Sequence record: NC_025447.1
Strand: one strand, 5' to 3'
Origin: Escherichia phage 121Q
DNA length: 64,000 nt
Shown: piece after piece, positions 19,739 through 29,865 of the stretch
Position numbering within the stretch: position 1 is the stretch's first letter
Layout of the letters: every line of letters starts with the position of its first letter
Translations under genes and position numbers: made by a program
The notes under the pieces: model-generated
The model's database searches: none
Told to the model about the DNA's origin: nothing
The model's input: only the letters and a program-made list of their open reading frames with translations

Positions 19739-20229
19739 TGAACCGAAAGTACAGAGAAACTATGAAGTTCGCTAGGGAGTGTTTAGAAGTGTTTGAGTTC
19801 ATCAATGCTCATAAAGATTTACTCCATAGATACATTGCAATCAGTGAGACAGATGACCATAGGTACATATGTTCTCGAATTCAAGATAAGATATATAAGA
19901 TTGTGTTCTCGGAAACATACACAGATACATCTAATTCACTATATGATTTTGCACGTACTGATTACGTTTCATACAAATCTTGGTCTGATAGTATTAAAAT
20001 TGTGCACAAGCAAAATACATTTTATTCTTTTCTTACGGACATTTCCGAAGAAAGTTACTTTCAAAACAGTTTAATTTATACAGAAAAAGAACTCAAAATG
20101 TTATATATTATGTCGTACTTTAAAAAGTACTGCAAATTTAATACATTATCTTTTGAGATTTCTGCAATGAAAGTATTCATTAAAAATGTAAAAGAACTAA
20201 AGAGGGCTTTTAATGTACATAGAAAATGA
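19738..20229 (+). CDS. FQxS-core family protein
   Basis: ATGA overlap start at 19738; core SEESYFQNSLIYT. Confidence 0.6.
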   Translation: MNRKYRETMKFARECLEVFEFINAHKDLLHRYIAISETDDHRYICSRIQDKIYKIVFSETYTDTSNSLYDFARTDYVSYKSWSDSIKIVHKQNTFYSFLTDISEESYFQNSLIYTEKELKMLYIMSYFKKYCKFNTLSFEISAMKVFIKNVKELKRAFNVHRK

Positions 20230-20755
20230 GAATGTAAAATGCATTACTGAAATTTGTATAAAATTAATGAAAATTTTCATTAACCCAAAATACAAAAAAC
20301 GTTCATTACATCATAATATTGATGAGCATTGTACCATTAATATACTAGGTAGTATTCTTGATGTAAAATATGATGGTAGAATGTTATTTGGCATAAGAGA
20401 AGAGAAAATAGATGATGCATTCTTTTCCTGTAAAGATAAATTTGAACCTTCTGATTATAAAGTAATTATTCGTGATGATAGCATCTACATTAGTAGTGAT
20501 TATTCAAATTACTTCGATAAAATATACAATGAAAACGTTGACTACCATTATGAAATGATAGATTTACCAGTAACAGACATTGATATGGAGAGAATCAAAT
20601 TTTCATTATCAGATAATGAGTACTTAGGTATACAAACATATTATTCACTACAAGGAAAGATTCCACCTGCTATGTATATAAGGATTGAGATTGGTAATGT
20701 ATTCAATGATAAGGTTATATCTATTGCTGATAAAATATTGAGGGTTGAATTATGA
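20213..20755 (+). CDS. hypothetical protein (possible divergent FQxS member)
   Basis: 180 aa ORF; degenerate core region ERIKFSLSDNEY. Confidence 0.45.
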   Translation: MYIENENVKCITEICIKLMKIFINPKYKKRSLHHNIDEHCTINILGSILDVKYDGRMLFGIREEKIDDAFFSCKDKFEPSDYKVIIRDDSIYISSDYSNYFDKIYNENVDYHYEMIDLPVTDIDMERIKFSLSDNEYLGIQTYYSLQGKIPPAMYIRIEIGNVFNDKVISIADKILRVEL

Positions 20756-21315
20756 ATATCAATGATTACCAATTTCATAGGCTTGAATTTCGTCATTGTG
20801 TTGCATTTGCAAAAACATTGATGTGCATCATTGACACTCTTTCATCCAAACAATTTCGTAAGGATAATGATTTATTTCTGAAAAAAGGTCGTGTAACATC
20901 AACCGATATCGGTATTGAACTATTTGTTGATATCAGTGTTGATACCGGAGACAGTACAAGGGTTGGTTGTATAGGTCATATTGGTACACATTGCTTCACA
21001 TGGAATCCAAATACAAGTCAAGTACGAGTTGATTATAGAAATTCACGTTGGGTTGATCTTAGTACTGAATCAGATTTAGAATCAGCTATGTTCCAGCTAA
21101 GTTTAATTCACAATCCTAATGAACTTCTTTACATTATTACTTTCAGTTATCTGTTACAAAACTACGATAATCCATCAGGATTTTTCATAGAATCAGATAT
21201 AGATGAAATTATGGAAGAGATTCCCAGTTTAAAGAATATTCTCGAAGAAAAAGATTTCTATGAAGACTTCAGAGATTTATACGACATGCACTTGGAGTTA
21301 TTTAAGAATGGATAA
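20752..21315 (+). CDS. FQxS-core family protein
   Basis: core LESAMFQLSLIHN. Confidence 0.6.
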   Translation: MNINDYQFHRLEFRHCVAFAKTLMCIIDTLSSKQFRKDNDLFLKKGRVTSTDIGIELFVDISVDTGDSTRVGCIGHIGTHCFTWNPNTSQVRVDYRNSRWVDLSTESDLESAMFQLSLIHNPNELLYIITFSYLLQNYDNPSGFFIESDIDEIMEEIPSLKNILEEKDFYEDFRDLYDMHLELFKNG

Positions 21316-21826
21316 AGATGATATTCTAATTAGACTAATTAATAGTTTAATAAAGTTCTCAAATAATGATGTCGATACATACAAAGTGGGGGATATTGAA
21401 TTTAAATCATTTGGTATGTACGGTGAGGATAAAACATATTATGCGTCAATGAAATTTCAAGATTTTCACGAGATGTTAATATCGTTATCATATGAAGATG
21501 TTGATCCAAGATGGAGTTCCAGTATTTCACTATCGAGAATGGTAATTCGTAGTAAGCATCGTTATATTTCGTCAAAGAATACTCCTAACTTGATTAATAT
21601 TGTGTTGAATGAAAATACAAATCCCCTATCTAAACATGATATCGTACCGTTAACCGATGAAGTTCTTTTTCAATTGAGTACCATTTGTGATGAAGATGTG
21701 ATATCATGTATGAAAATTTATGAGAAGGTTGGGAGTGATATTCCCATGAACTATTACCTAACTATAGATGGAACGTACCTTCGAGATGAGGTTCTAGCGT
21801 ACATTGACAGTGTTTTACCAAAATAA
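21308..21826 (+). CDS. FQxS-core family protein
   Basis: ATG at 21308; core TDEVLFQLSTICD. Confidence 0.6.
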   Translation: MDKDDILIRLINSLIKFSNNDVDTYKVGDIEFKSFGMYGEDKTYYASMKFQDFHEMLISLSYEDVDPRWSSSISLSRMVIRSKHRYISSKNTPNLINIVLNENTNPLSKHDIVPLTDEVLFQLSTICDEDVISCMKIYEKVGSDIPMNYYLTIDGTYLRDEVLAYIDSVLPK

Positions 21827-21847
21827 AGACCCGTATGGGTCTTTTTG
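21827..21847 (+). terminator. rho-independent terminator
   Basis: AGACCC-gtat-GGGTCT hairpin followed by TTTTT. Confidence 0.6.
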
Positions 21848-21913
21848 TGTTTATGGCTTTACAAGAGCATTCAGGTGTGTTATACTTGATTTTAACTAGA
21901 GTTGGAGGAATCT

Positions 21914-22480
21914 ATGAGTACTGAATTAATTAAAGAAGTCACATTACTTCTGAAGCATTGTTTTAAGTTCATTCCTGATACTGGCTCACGCCAGTACATT
22001 AAAGTTAATGAGAAATATAACATCAATATCCTTGTATCTGAAACTGCGAGCAGTTATGCTAACATTGAGTTGGATTCTGAAGAAAAATATACAGTATTAC
22101 AAATCATAGCAGATGTACAACGTAAACAAGATTATCGTTCTTCATTTTACAACGATTATCTGTGCGTTTGCTCAAACTTCAGTGAGAATAAAATTGTGTA
22201 TAAGAATTTATACACACATGAAGTGATTGATACATATAATTATAAAATTTCATCTGATGAATACAATGTTCTAATGTTCAACGCAAACCTTTTGTATGAT
22301 GCCAGTACTGTACGCTGTTTAGAGTTAGCATATAAAATTCCAAAGATCATGGAAAGAAAAGATTTGATTCACTTTAAAACAATTTTAAAATACAGTACAA
22401 AAGAATTAGAGGATTTAGTACAGGCTCTTAAGAATTTCATTAATGAACATGTACCTGTTAAATTCGAGGATGCACAATGA
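21914..22480 (+). CDS. hypothetical protein
   Basis: GGAGG RBS 5 nt upstream of ATG at 21914; no clear family core. Confidence 0.5.
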   Translation: MSTELIKEVTLLLKHCFKFIPDTGSRQYIKVNEKYNINILVSETASSYANIELDSEEKYTVLQIIADVQRKQDYRSSFYNDYLCVCSNFSENKIVYKNLYTHEVIDTYNYKISSDEYNVLMFNANLLYDASTVRCLELAYKIPKIMERKDLIHFKTILKYSTKELEDLVQALKNFINEHVPVKFEDAQ

Positions 22481-23061
22481 ACCATATCAGAACTAAAATT
22501 TTGAGACTCATGCATGACATTGCAGAACTTTCAGAGATTCATGACATTACGGAAATTGTTGAATTTGATAATTATCGACTGAAAATTGAAAACAAATCCA
22601 AACATCGTTTTGGTTCAGTTCAGTTGGATGTATATAAAACTTATGAATTTTCTAAAAAAATTAAAAGTTCATGGGATACGATTACTATGTACATTCGCAC
22701 ATCCAGAAATCGTGAACGTATTGGTTCTATTTCTTCTAATATGGTATTTGCGAATGCATTACATGAAAAAATGAATAAAATTGTAGAATCTGATTTCAGT
22801 GAAGATGATGGTTTTATTGGGTTGGATGTTCCACCAGAATTAGACCAAAGTGAAGATATTCGAGATGCATTCATTTTCCAGAAATCATTGTTGGACAATT
22901 ACAAAGAATTCGAGTACTTAATGCTTTGTTACGATACTGCAAAAATTCTTGATTGTGGTGAACTAGTTATGTACAATGATTTTATCAATTGCAAGACTGA
23001 TGTTCTGAATACACTACTTCAAAATATAGAATCTGTTAAGGAAAAATATGAACGCTTATAG
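22477..23061 (+). CDS. FQxS-core family protein
   Basis: core IRDAFIFQKSLLDN. Confidence 0.6.
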   Translation: MNHIRTKILRLMHDIAELSEIHDITEIVEFDNYRLKIENKSKHRFGSVQLDVYKTYEFSKKIKSSWDTITMYIRTSRNRERIGSISSNMVFANALHEKMNKIVESDFSEDDGFIGLDVPPELDQSEDIRDAFIFQKSLLDNYKEFEYLMLCYDTAKILDCGELVMYNDFINCKTDVLNTLLQNIESVKEKYERL

Positions 23062-23629
23062 TTATATGACAGAACGCCATCAGTTATTATATGATATCAG
23101 TAAAAAAATGCTATCAATTGTTGGTAGTGCGAAAGAAATTGAAAAACAATATCTCATCCGTGATGTAGCAATTTCATCTAAATGTTGGTCAAATGAATAT
23201 TACGACCACGGTATTCTTACTATTTCTGGGGCTAGAAATATTTGTATTGTAAAAAATAAAAGTAAAAGTAATGAAGAGTGTGAGATTAGAACCGATATAC
23301 AAATTAAGGATGATGGAAGTTTTTCACACCACCCATTCCATATTAGTACTATTGGTGTTTTATATAATATTAAAGTACTATTCGGTGATGAAGAGTATGT
23401 GTTAAAAGCTATCAATCCAGATTCAAGTACAGTTGAAGAAGAACTGTTCCAGATGAGCACTGTTATACCTGAAGAGGTTCTTAGTACTGTTGTTTTTTGT
23501 AGTTTAATTTATCATACATACAAAAAGAACCAATTCGATTTCCACATTTTAGGAACGTACATCTTCAATACTTTGAATGTTGATCGTTTAAAAGCATTAA
23601 ATGCAGCAATGGATAAGGTGCTACAATGA
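23048..23629 (+). CDS. FQxS-core family protein
   Basis: core VEEELFQMSTVIP. Confidence 0.6.
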   Translation: MNAYSYMTERHQLLYDISKKMLSIVGSAKEIEKQYLIRDVAISSKCWSNEYYDHGILTISGARNICIVKNKSKSNEECEIRTDIQIKDDGSFSHHPFHISTIGVLYNIKVLFGDEEYVLKAINPDSSTVEEELFQMSTVIPEEVLSTVVFCSLIYHTYKKNQFDFHILGTYIFNTLNVDRLKALNAAMDKVLQ

Positions 23630-24054
23630 CAAGAGATGATTGTTTGTACATATGGGATATAATTGAAACTACACTTTCAAATCCAGAAAATTATAAAACA
23701 AAAAAAAGACAACGACACAAAATATGGATAGATTTGTTCGTTGAGGGCATACACGCAGTGACTATTTGGGATTCACCGAGGGCATCAGCATCTACTCTAT
23801 TGGACAATGAATGCATTGATTGCATTAATTCCACTTTTCATCTCTACGGTACTACATTTTTCGGTACATTTCTGGATATTGAAAGTAAAGATGATATTGA
23901 TTCACTTGCGTTACAATACCAAGTACTGTATAATACTAAATTAATTTACGATTTAGTACTAGCTTCTTATGTGTATAAATTAATGATGAAATATAATCAT
24001 ATTTCTGTTTCAGTTTATACTAAGGATATTCTTTCATTAAGAGACAAAACATGA
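23626..24054 (+). CDS. hypothetical protein
   Basis: 142 aa ORF, ATGA-coupled; no family core. Confidence 0.45.
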   Translation: MTRDDCLYIWDIIETTLSNPENYKTKKRQRHKIWIDLFVEGIHAVTIWDSPRASASTLLDNECIDCINSTFHLYGTTFFGTFLDIESKDDIDSLALQYQVLYNTKLIYDLVLASYVYKLMMKYNHISVSVYTKDILSLRDKT

Positions 24055-24560
24055 GTTTATTAAATGCACGCGAATTAGTTGAGATGTATGAGATTTTGTC
24101 TTCATATAAAAATTCTCATGGAGATGTGATTCTCGACAAAAAGTTCCATGTCAGTGTTGAACATATATCAAATATAGATATGATTTCTTTGGTGGAAAGT
24201 AATAAGTCAGGTCTTGAACGCGATATCATGCGTTTGATTTATATTCCCAAACCATCATATACTAATGATAGTTCAATTAGTAATGAGACATTCATGTATA
24301 GTCCTGGTACGGATTCTACTATAGTATCGCTGTCCAATAAATCAATGGGTACTTTCCAATTCATCTATACCAGTACTGATAACATTGAAGAAATTGAATT
24401 TCAAAACAATACATTAAGTCCATGTAGTAGTGTTATAACCTTTATGTCATATCTATGGTCAACTAAAACAAGTGCTGTTGTATATAGTTCAAATTATACA
24501 CAAGATAGTATTGTTGAATCATATAAAGTTCTAAAGGAATACTATGAAAATAACAAATGA
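24051..24560 (+). CDS. FQxS-core family protein (weak)
   Basis: core IEEIEFQNNTLSP. Confidence 0.5.
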   Translation: MSLLNARELVEMYEILSSYKNSHGDVILDKKFHVSVEHISNIDMISLVESNKSGLERDIMRLIYIPKPSYTNDSSISNETFMYSPGTDSTIVSLSNKSMGTFQFIYTSTDNIEEIEFQNNTLSPCSSVITFMSYLWSTKTSAVVYSSNYTQDSIVESYKVLKEYYENNK

Positions 24561-25125
24561 TTTTATTAAAAGTGTAGTACACCCTATGCTTAGTATTATG
24601 AAAAAAATACAGAATCTACCGGAAGATAACGATTACAAGTTTAATCGTTTTGATTCAGATGTGTTTTGTATTGAAATTGAAATTAATAACAATCGCAATT
24701 TACATTTAAAATTCAAAGAATCGTCAAGTCCGTACTACAACTTTGATATGAATTTTAAAATAGATACTGACATTGAAGAAAACGTAATATCAAATCATAC
24801 TAGCAAAAATGGTTTTATGCATAGAACTACTATGTACAATAATAAAAATAGTATTATATCTAAATGGAATCATCAATTCACTAAAATTTGTGAAATTGAA
24901 TATAGTGATTTTGGTGAAGAGAATTACTTTCAGTTAAGTACAATTCATGAACTTCCACCGTATGATTATGTTAAAACATGGTTTGATATTCATAATATAA
25001 TTGATGATGCAATCAAACTTCCTTTTGGTGTGTCAATATCATATACTGCTCCTAAAACATTTGTTTTTACTGAAGATATGATTATGAAAAAGATATGGGC
25101 AATTATCCCACTTATGATGGATTAA
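24544..25125 (+). CDS. FQxS-core family protein
   Basis: core GEENYFQLSTIHE. Confidence 0.6.
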   Translation: MKITNDFIKSVVHPMLSIMKKIQNLPEDNDYKFNRFDSDVFCIEIEINNNRNLHLKFKESSSPYYNFDMNFKIDTDIEENVISNHTSKNGFMHRTTMYNNKNSIISKWNHQFTKICEIEYSDFGEENYFQLSTIHELPPYDYVKTWFDIHNIIDDAIKLPFGVSISYTAPKTFVFTEDMIMKKIWAIIPLMMD

Positions 25126-25130
25126 ATTCG

Positions 25131-25157
25131 TACCAGGGGTTGACTCTGGTATTTTTG
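25131..25157 (+). terminator. rho-independent terminator
   Basis: TACCAG-gggttgact-CTGGTA hairpin followed by TTTTTG. Confidence 0.55.
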
Positions 25158-25186
25158 TATGATACATTGTCCTAAAGGAGAATTTT

Positions 25187-25738
25187 ATGAACTACAATCA
25201 TGATCTTTTTACATTATGTGCATCCAAATGTGTTGATGGATGGACAGATAAAATCAATACCATAATTCATCGATATCTGGTCTTTAGTTCTCGTGCACGA
25301 AGTGAGGGGGCTATGGATTTCAAATATACACTATCTATTGATGGTGTAACTATCCATGCAGACGAAGAACGTCTGAGCATTAATTTGTATGATTCATGTG
25401 TATTTGCTATTCACCAAAAGATGGGGAAAGGATGGGGTTGTAATAACATTAACTCAAAAGCTATCTTTTGGGTTGGTCACCACCAGACAGTACTTGATCC
25501 TTCAATCAAATCTAATCTTTTATCCGATAATATGGTTTATGATTTATTGTACTCCGAAGAACAACATTTTCAGTTAAGTACATTACATGATCTGGCACAG
25601 TACGAGGATTGTTACAAAACATTAGAACTATGCCATTCCCTTGAACTTAAAGATAAATTGATACAAGTTTACCCTTCATTCTTTCATGAAGAAGTACAAA
25701 GTACACTAGATCATATTTTATATGGATACGATAAATGA
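25187..25738 (+). CDS. FQxS-core family protein
   Basis: AAAGGAG RBS; core SEEQHFQLSTLHD. Confidence 0.65.
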   Translation: MNYNHDLFTLCASKCVDGWTDKINTIIHRYLVFSSRARSEGAMDFKYTLSIDGVTIHADEERLSINLYDSCVFAIHQKMGKGWGCNNINSKAIFWVGHHQTVLDPSIKSNLLSDNMVYDLLYSEEQHFQLSTLHDLAQYEDCYKTLELCHSLELKDKLIQVYPSFFHEEVQSTLDHILYGYDK

Positions 25739-26337
25739 GAAAAAGTTATCAAGAAGCTATTGACTTAATTCGTGAAGTTATCAAGGTGGCTCCTGCTGCT
25801 ATTGAGTTCAAGAAGTCCATATACAAGAAGTATGGTTCAATGTCGAGTATGTGCTTTCAAAAGAAACGTAGAGCATTCACTACCCAGTACTGGAATGATT
25901 CTATCATCCTGAGCAATGAGACTCAGCGTATTTTAACACTAGAATCTGAACCTAATGAGTACGGGGAAGGGAACATTTGTGTACCTGATTATGATGAAAT
26001 TAACTTCAACTGCGGTGATTTTGAAACAACATTATTACTTCATGAGGGTTATCCAGAAGGTGATGTATTAGCTGAGTACAATCCAAAAACTAAAATTCTC
26101 AAAAGAGGAATCCAGTTCACTATTAATAACAAAGATGATGTTCAAGCAGCACTGATGCAACTGAGTACAAGTGAACCTATCACTATTAGTGTAGAAGAGT
26201 TATGGGGAATTATTTCAGTACTCAATGAGTGCTACAAAGTAAAATCATTGCGTAAACACAGCATTATATTACATACCAATATGGCAAATATAAAATGTAA
26301 GCACATTCAAGAAATGGTGGTTCCAGATGGACTTTAA
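25735..26337 (+). CDS. hypothetical protein (possible divergent FQxS member)
   Basis: 200 aa; degenerate core DDVQAALMQLSTSEP. Confidence 0.45.
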   Translation: MRKSYQEAIDLIREVIKVAPAAIEFKKSIYKKYGSMSSMCFQKKRRAFTTQYWNDSIILSNETQRILTLESEPNEYGEGNICVPDYDEINFNCGDFETTLLLHEGYPEGDVLAEYNPKTKILKRGIQFTINNKDDVQAALMQLSTSEPITISVEELWGIISVLNECYKVKSLRKHSIILHTNMANIKCKHIQEMVVPDGL

Positions 26338-26911
26338 AGAAATTGAAAGTAAATTAAAGTACTTCAAAGATATCAAACTTCTTTGGAAAAAGTATAAAGT
26401 TGATTACAATTTCAGTGATGATGAGACAATAAAATACATTGAGATTAATATCAAAATCAAGTTCAAGAATAATAATTATGGTGAAGTAACCTTAAATCAT
26501 ACTGGTATATCACTCAAGGACTATGATGGTACAACACTCGCATATTTTGACTTCACACCAGAACCAGGTGAAACACTACTTAGTGAGATAAATTCCTATG
26601 ACATGGAAGTGTTCGGCGGGAATCCGTTACTGTTCCGACTTTCTGAAGAGTGGAGTGAAGAGTACTACACTTACAAAGATGGTGTAGTACTTGACATTCA
26701 TGGAGAAGTTGTGAATGACTTGGAAGAACGTTTGTTCCAAGAATTGTGTGTTTCAAATACTTCATATGCATACAATCATATCCTTGACATGTTTGATTTA
26801 TATAGTAAAATAGATGCTGAAATGAAGGCACATGGTATTCATTACCTTACAATTAACGACTATGCTCAACTCGAAACCGCTGTGAAAGCATTGACTAAAG
26901 TACTGAAATAG
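26327..26911 (+). CDS. FQxS-core family protein
   Basis: core LEERLFQELCVSN. Confidence 0.55.
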   Translation: MDFKEIESKLKYFKDIKLLWKKYKVDYNFSDDETIKYIEINIKIKFKNNNYGEVTLNHTGISLKDYDGTTLAYFDFTPEPGETLLSEINSYDMEVFGGNPLLFRLSEEWSEEYYTYKDGVVLDIHGEVVNDLEERLFQELCVSNTSYAYNHILDMFDLYSKIDAEMKAHGIHYLTINDYAQLETAVKALTKVLK

Positions 26912-26920
26912 GAATGAAAT

Positions 26921-27334
26921 ATGAAACTGTATCATGCGAGTACTGTAAAAATTGATAACTTTTATATCCCGTATGGTGGTCTTCATATGGGAGGTAAACA
27001 CAGTGCTTTGGAAGCTGCATTACGCAAGCTGAGAAGCCCACTGAACGTAGTAGACGCATGTACAGTATACTTGCATACCTTAGAAGTTGATGTTGATAAC
27101 GTGCTTCTGTGTGAAGATTTAGGCAGTGATGATGAGTGGCGTTCACTTATTGAGAATTGCACTGCTCAAGGTTATGATGCTGTTCAGTACAAAAATGATT
27201 ACGAGCCAGACAATGTTCCTAGCTTTATGATTTGGGATGCATCTAAAGTTCGCATCATTGAAGTTGATGCTATGCATATGGATGAAGCTGAAATGATTAT
27301 CGAAGATTTTCTTGATGAATATGAAGGTGTATAA
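26921..27334 (+). CDS. hypothetical protein
   Basis: 137 aa ORF; overlapping minus-strand ORFs judged shadows. Confidence 0.45.
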   Translation: MKLYHASTVKIDNFYIPYGGLHMGGKHSALEAALRKLRSPLNVVDACTVYLHTLEVDVDNVLLCEDLGSDDEWRSLIENCTAQGYDAVQYKNDYEPDNVPSFMIWDASKVRIIEVDAMHMDEAEMIIEDFLDEYEGV

Positions 27335-27870
27335 TGTCTGACCCGATGGTAGCACTGGCACGTACAAAATTACTATTAAAGATTGGTGAGATTTTTACGG
27401 TTCTTCTGTCCAATAATATTGATATCACTGAGCTAGATATTAAGCAACCGTGGGAAGTGACTATGTTCTCGGCGTTCCACCGATTGTCATATAAAGGTGA
27501 AAGTGTTCTTGATTTTAACCCTAAAGCAAAATTCATAGATTATGCTGCGTTGTACAGAGAGTTGCACCGAAATATTTATTCCGGTTGTATAACCAATAAC
27601 TTCAAAGAAATTAAAGTTCAAACTGCATCACATGAGTTCAATGATTTACTTTATCCAGAATTTAATCTAACGGAAGAATTACTCTTTCAGTACTCGTTAA
27701 TTCTCACAAATCTCGAAACGCTAGAGTACTACAAAGAGTTAGTAGATATTTTTATGAATACACGACTTTCAAAAGATATTGTGATATTCTGGTATACAGA
27801 GCATGTTACGGAGGAATTGCTTACTGAATTTCTTCTAAATATGACAGCTATAAAGGAGAAGTTATGTTAG
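27334..27870 (+). CDS. FQxS-core family protein
   Basis: core TEELLFQYSLILT. Confidence 0.6.
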   Translation: MSDPMVALARTKLLLKIGEIFTVLLSNNIDITELDIKQPWEVTMFSAFHRLSYKGESVLDFNPKAKFIDYAALYRELHRNIYSGCITNNFKEIKVQTASHEFNDLLYPEFNLTEELLFQYSLILTNLETLEYYKELVDIFMNTRLSKDIVIFWYTEHVTEELLTEFLLNMTAIKEKLC

Positions 27871-28337
27871 ATATTTTAGGAAACATCGATACTGCAAATT
27901 ATTTTATCCAGGACGCACTGTTCAATACAGTTCAACAAGGATTAGAAGTTCGTCATAACGTTTACCAAGGTGATGGTTATTTCGTTGATATTGTTGAGGC
28001 ACGAAAGAATACGTTTAATGTTAACATTACAACACTGGGTAGACAGAACATTGCACGAATTTTAGTAAGTAAAGATGAAATTGTATTGAGATACAGTGCT
28101 AAGTTTATGTTGACTTATAAGAAAAAAACTGATATGTTCAGTACTAATTTATTTGATGAACCATTTGACCTTGAAGATATTGAAGCTACTTTCTTTACTC
28201 AAAGTACTATGGTAAAATACACTGATGTTCAATTTTCTGCTGATGTAATGTCAGAAACATTACAAATGATCAAGGTATTATTTTATGCATTTGAGCAATT
28301 TAGAGAAGAAAGAAACAAGGTTAACAACCACAGATGA
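27864..28337 (+). CDS. FQxS-core family protein (divergent)
   Basis: core IEATFFTQSTMVK. Confidence 0.5.
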   Translation: MLDILGNIDTANYFIQDALFNTVQQGLEVRHNVYQGDGYFVDIVEARKNTFNVNITTLGRQNIARILVSKDEIVLRYSAKFMLTYKKKTDMFSTNLFDEPFDLEDIEATFFTQSTMVKYTDVQFSADVMSETLQMIKVLFYAFEQFREERNKVNNHR

Positions 28338-28698
28338 ACTAATAGAGGCGATCACTAAGGAGTCAAAATACCACAAAGGGATTCGTCTATATTTTATAGA
28401 TATTGGTTCAATGGAAGGCATATACATTTATGGTTCACAATCTTTATCTTATGATGTAATGCCAAAAAAACATGTAAAAATCTTTTTAGGTTCAAATAAA
28501 AAAACTTTCTTGACAATTAATGATAAAAACGTTATTATGAATTCGTTGGGTCATGATAAGGTGGAAATTGATCTAAACACGCTTGAGGATATTGATTTTT
28601 TTCAATACGAGTGTTTAGGTGTTGACTTACATGGCATTAGTAGCGATAAGATAAAATCATTAATCAAATATTTCGAAGGTGTTCATAAATGTATCTAA
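28285..28698 (+). CDS. FQxS-core family protein
   Basis: core LEDIDFFQYECLG; start uncertain because of 53-nt overlap with upstream gene. Confidence 0.5.
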   Translation: MHLSNLEKKETRLTTTDELIEAITKESKYHKGIRLYFIDIGSMEGIYIYGSQSLSYDVMPKKHVKIFLGSNKKTFLTINDKNVIMNSLGHDKVEIDLNTLEDIDFFQYECLGVDLHGISSDKIKSLIKYFEGVHKCI

Positions 28699-29186
28699 CT
28701 AAATCAATGAAAAATTCATTTGATAAAATCAAGAGTTGTCTTGATGGGGAAAATATTACAAGTGTTACACAAACTGCTGACCAAATTCAAAGCAGTTCAA
28801 ATGATTGTACTGTTATTTTAGGTTTACATAGTCTACGTTTATCAATAGTAAATAATATTGACAACACTGCTATTGTAATCACACCATGCCATATTCAAAA
28901 TGAGAATGGTGTATATCTTCATCACATGGGAACAGTATTTCATATTTTCAATACAAACGAAAACATTGTTAAGGAATACAAATCTCTTAATATTGATTCA
29001 GGTGAATTATTTCAAATGAGTACTTTGTACTCATGTAATTTTACAGATACTTCATGTATTTTGCCATTTTTCTTGGAAATTATTAAGAAAATGGAAAATT
29101 TAAAACGTGAATACAATAAAGAAATGGTTCCTGAAGCTATATTAAATATTACTAATGCTATAGAGAAGTATAATGCAGTGACTTAA
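28689..29186 (+). CDS. FQxS-core family protein
   Basis: core DSGELFQMSTLYS. Confidence 0.6.
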   Translation: MYLTKSMKNSFDKIKSCLDGENITSVTQTADQIQSSSNDCTVILGLHSLRLSIVNNIDNTAIVITPCHIQNENGVYLHHMGTVFHIFNTNENIVKEYKSLNIDSGELFQMSTLYSCNFTDTSCILPFFLEIIKKMENLKREYNKEMVPEAILNITNAIEKYNAVT

Positions 29187-29228
29187 TAAAAACGCACATG
29201 GAGTGCATTAGAAGATCAAGGATAGATC

Positions 29229-29702
29229 ATGGAGATTAAAACTGTTGAAAATGGGAAAATTGATGACATTTTAGAGTTGGACGCATTCAAAGTTCATGAT
29301 ATAATGTTTAATGTGAAGGACATTATTCAATGTCTATTTTTGTGTAGCAAGACAATGCATGATTTTTTTCACAACCCAAATACTAACGTTTTTATACTAA
29401 CAATCAGTACTGAAAACTCGTTTATCATGGGTATGCCTATGAGTACAAATGAACAATATATTGATTGTGTTATTCGTAATAACGATAGTATTACGCCACA
29501 ATCTGAAGTACGTAAAAAGAAAAACACCTACACAATCAAAGATGATAAAATTATGATGTGCTGTAGTAAAGGGTTTATATTAGATAATTTTATCGTCAAA
29601 GACAGTTATCATGACTTTAAAGTGTCTGAAAATCAATCCAATGTAGTTCTTTATGCGAGTGACATAGAAAGTCTAACAGTTAAAGACCCCAGTTTGGAGT
29701 AA
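29229..29702 (+). CDS. hypothetical protein
   Basis: 157 aa ORF with AAGGAT RBS; no family core. Confidence 0.5.
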   Translation: MEIKTVENGKIDDILELDAFKVHDIMFNVKDIIQCLFLCSKTMHDFFHNPNTNVFILTISTENSFIMGMPMSTNEQYIDCVIRNNDSITPQSEVRKKKNTYTIKDDKIMMCCSKGFILDNFIVKDSYHDFKVSENQSNVVLYASDIESLTVKDPSLE

Positions 29703-29704
29703 GT

Positions 29705-29836
29705 ATGGCTAAGAAAGTAAACAATTTCGTACAGAAACACATGAATGAGTTTAACAAGCCTCAGACACATGTGGATCGTAAAAAAGAAATGAAAAATGGT
29801 AAAGTAAAACACAAGTCGAGATTTATTCTCGACTAA
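29705..29836 (+). CDS. small basic protein (43 aa)
   Basis: Below ORF-track size cutoff; GGAG 6 nt upstream of ATG; translation MAKKVNNFVQKHMNEFNKPQTHVDRKKEMKNGKVKHKSRFILD is Lys-rich. Confidence 0.35.
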   Translation: MAKKVNNFVQKHMNEFNKPQTHVDRKKEMKNGKVKHKSRFILD

Positions 29837-29865
29837 TTTTTTGTCTAAATTTATGAGGATTGTAT

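Noticed and set aside
771-29186. The conserved E-E-x-Y-F-Q-[GSQN]-S motif as a TEV/NIa- or 3C-type protease cleavage site (consensus E-x-x-Y-x-Q then G/S)
   Set aside because: The resemblance is striking, but the residue after Q is highly variable (Q, N, G, Y, E, M, L, K, H), the motif is followed by a conserved hydrophobic segment as in a folded core, and no 3C-like protease is recognisable in the window. Treated as coincidental unless a cognate protease is found.
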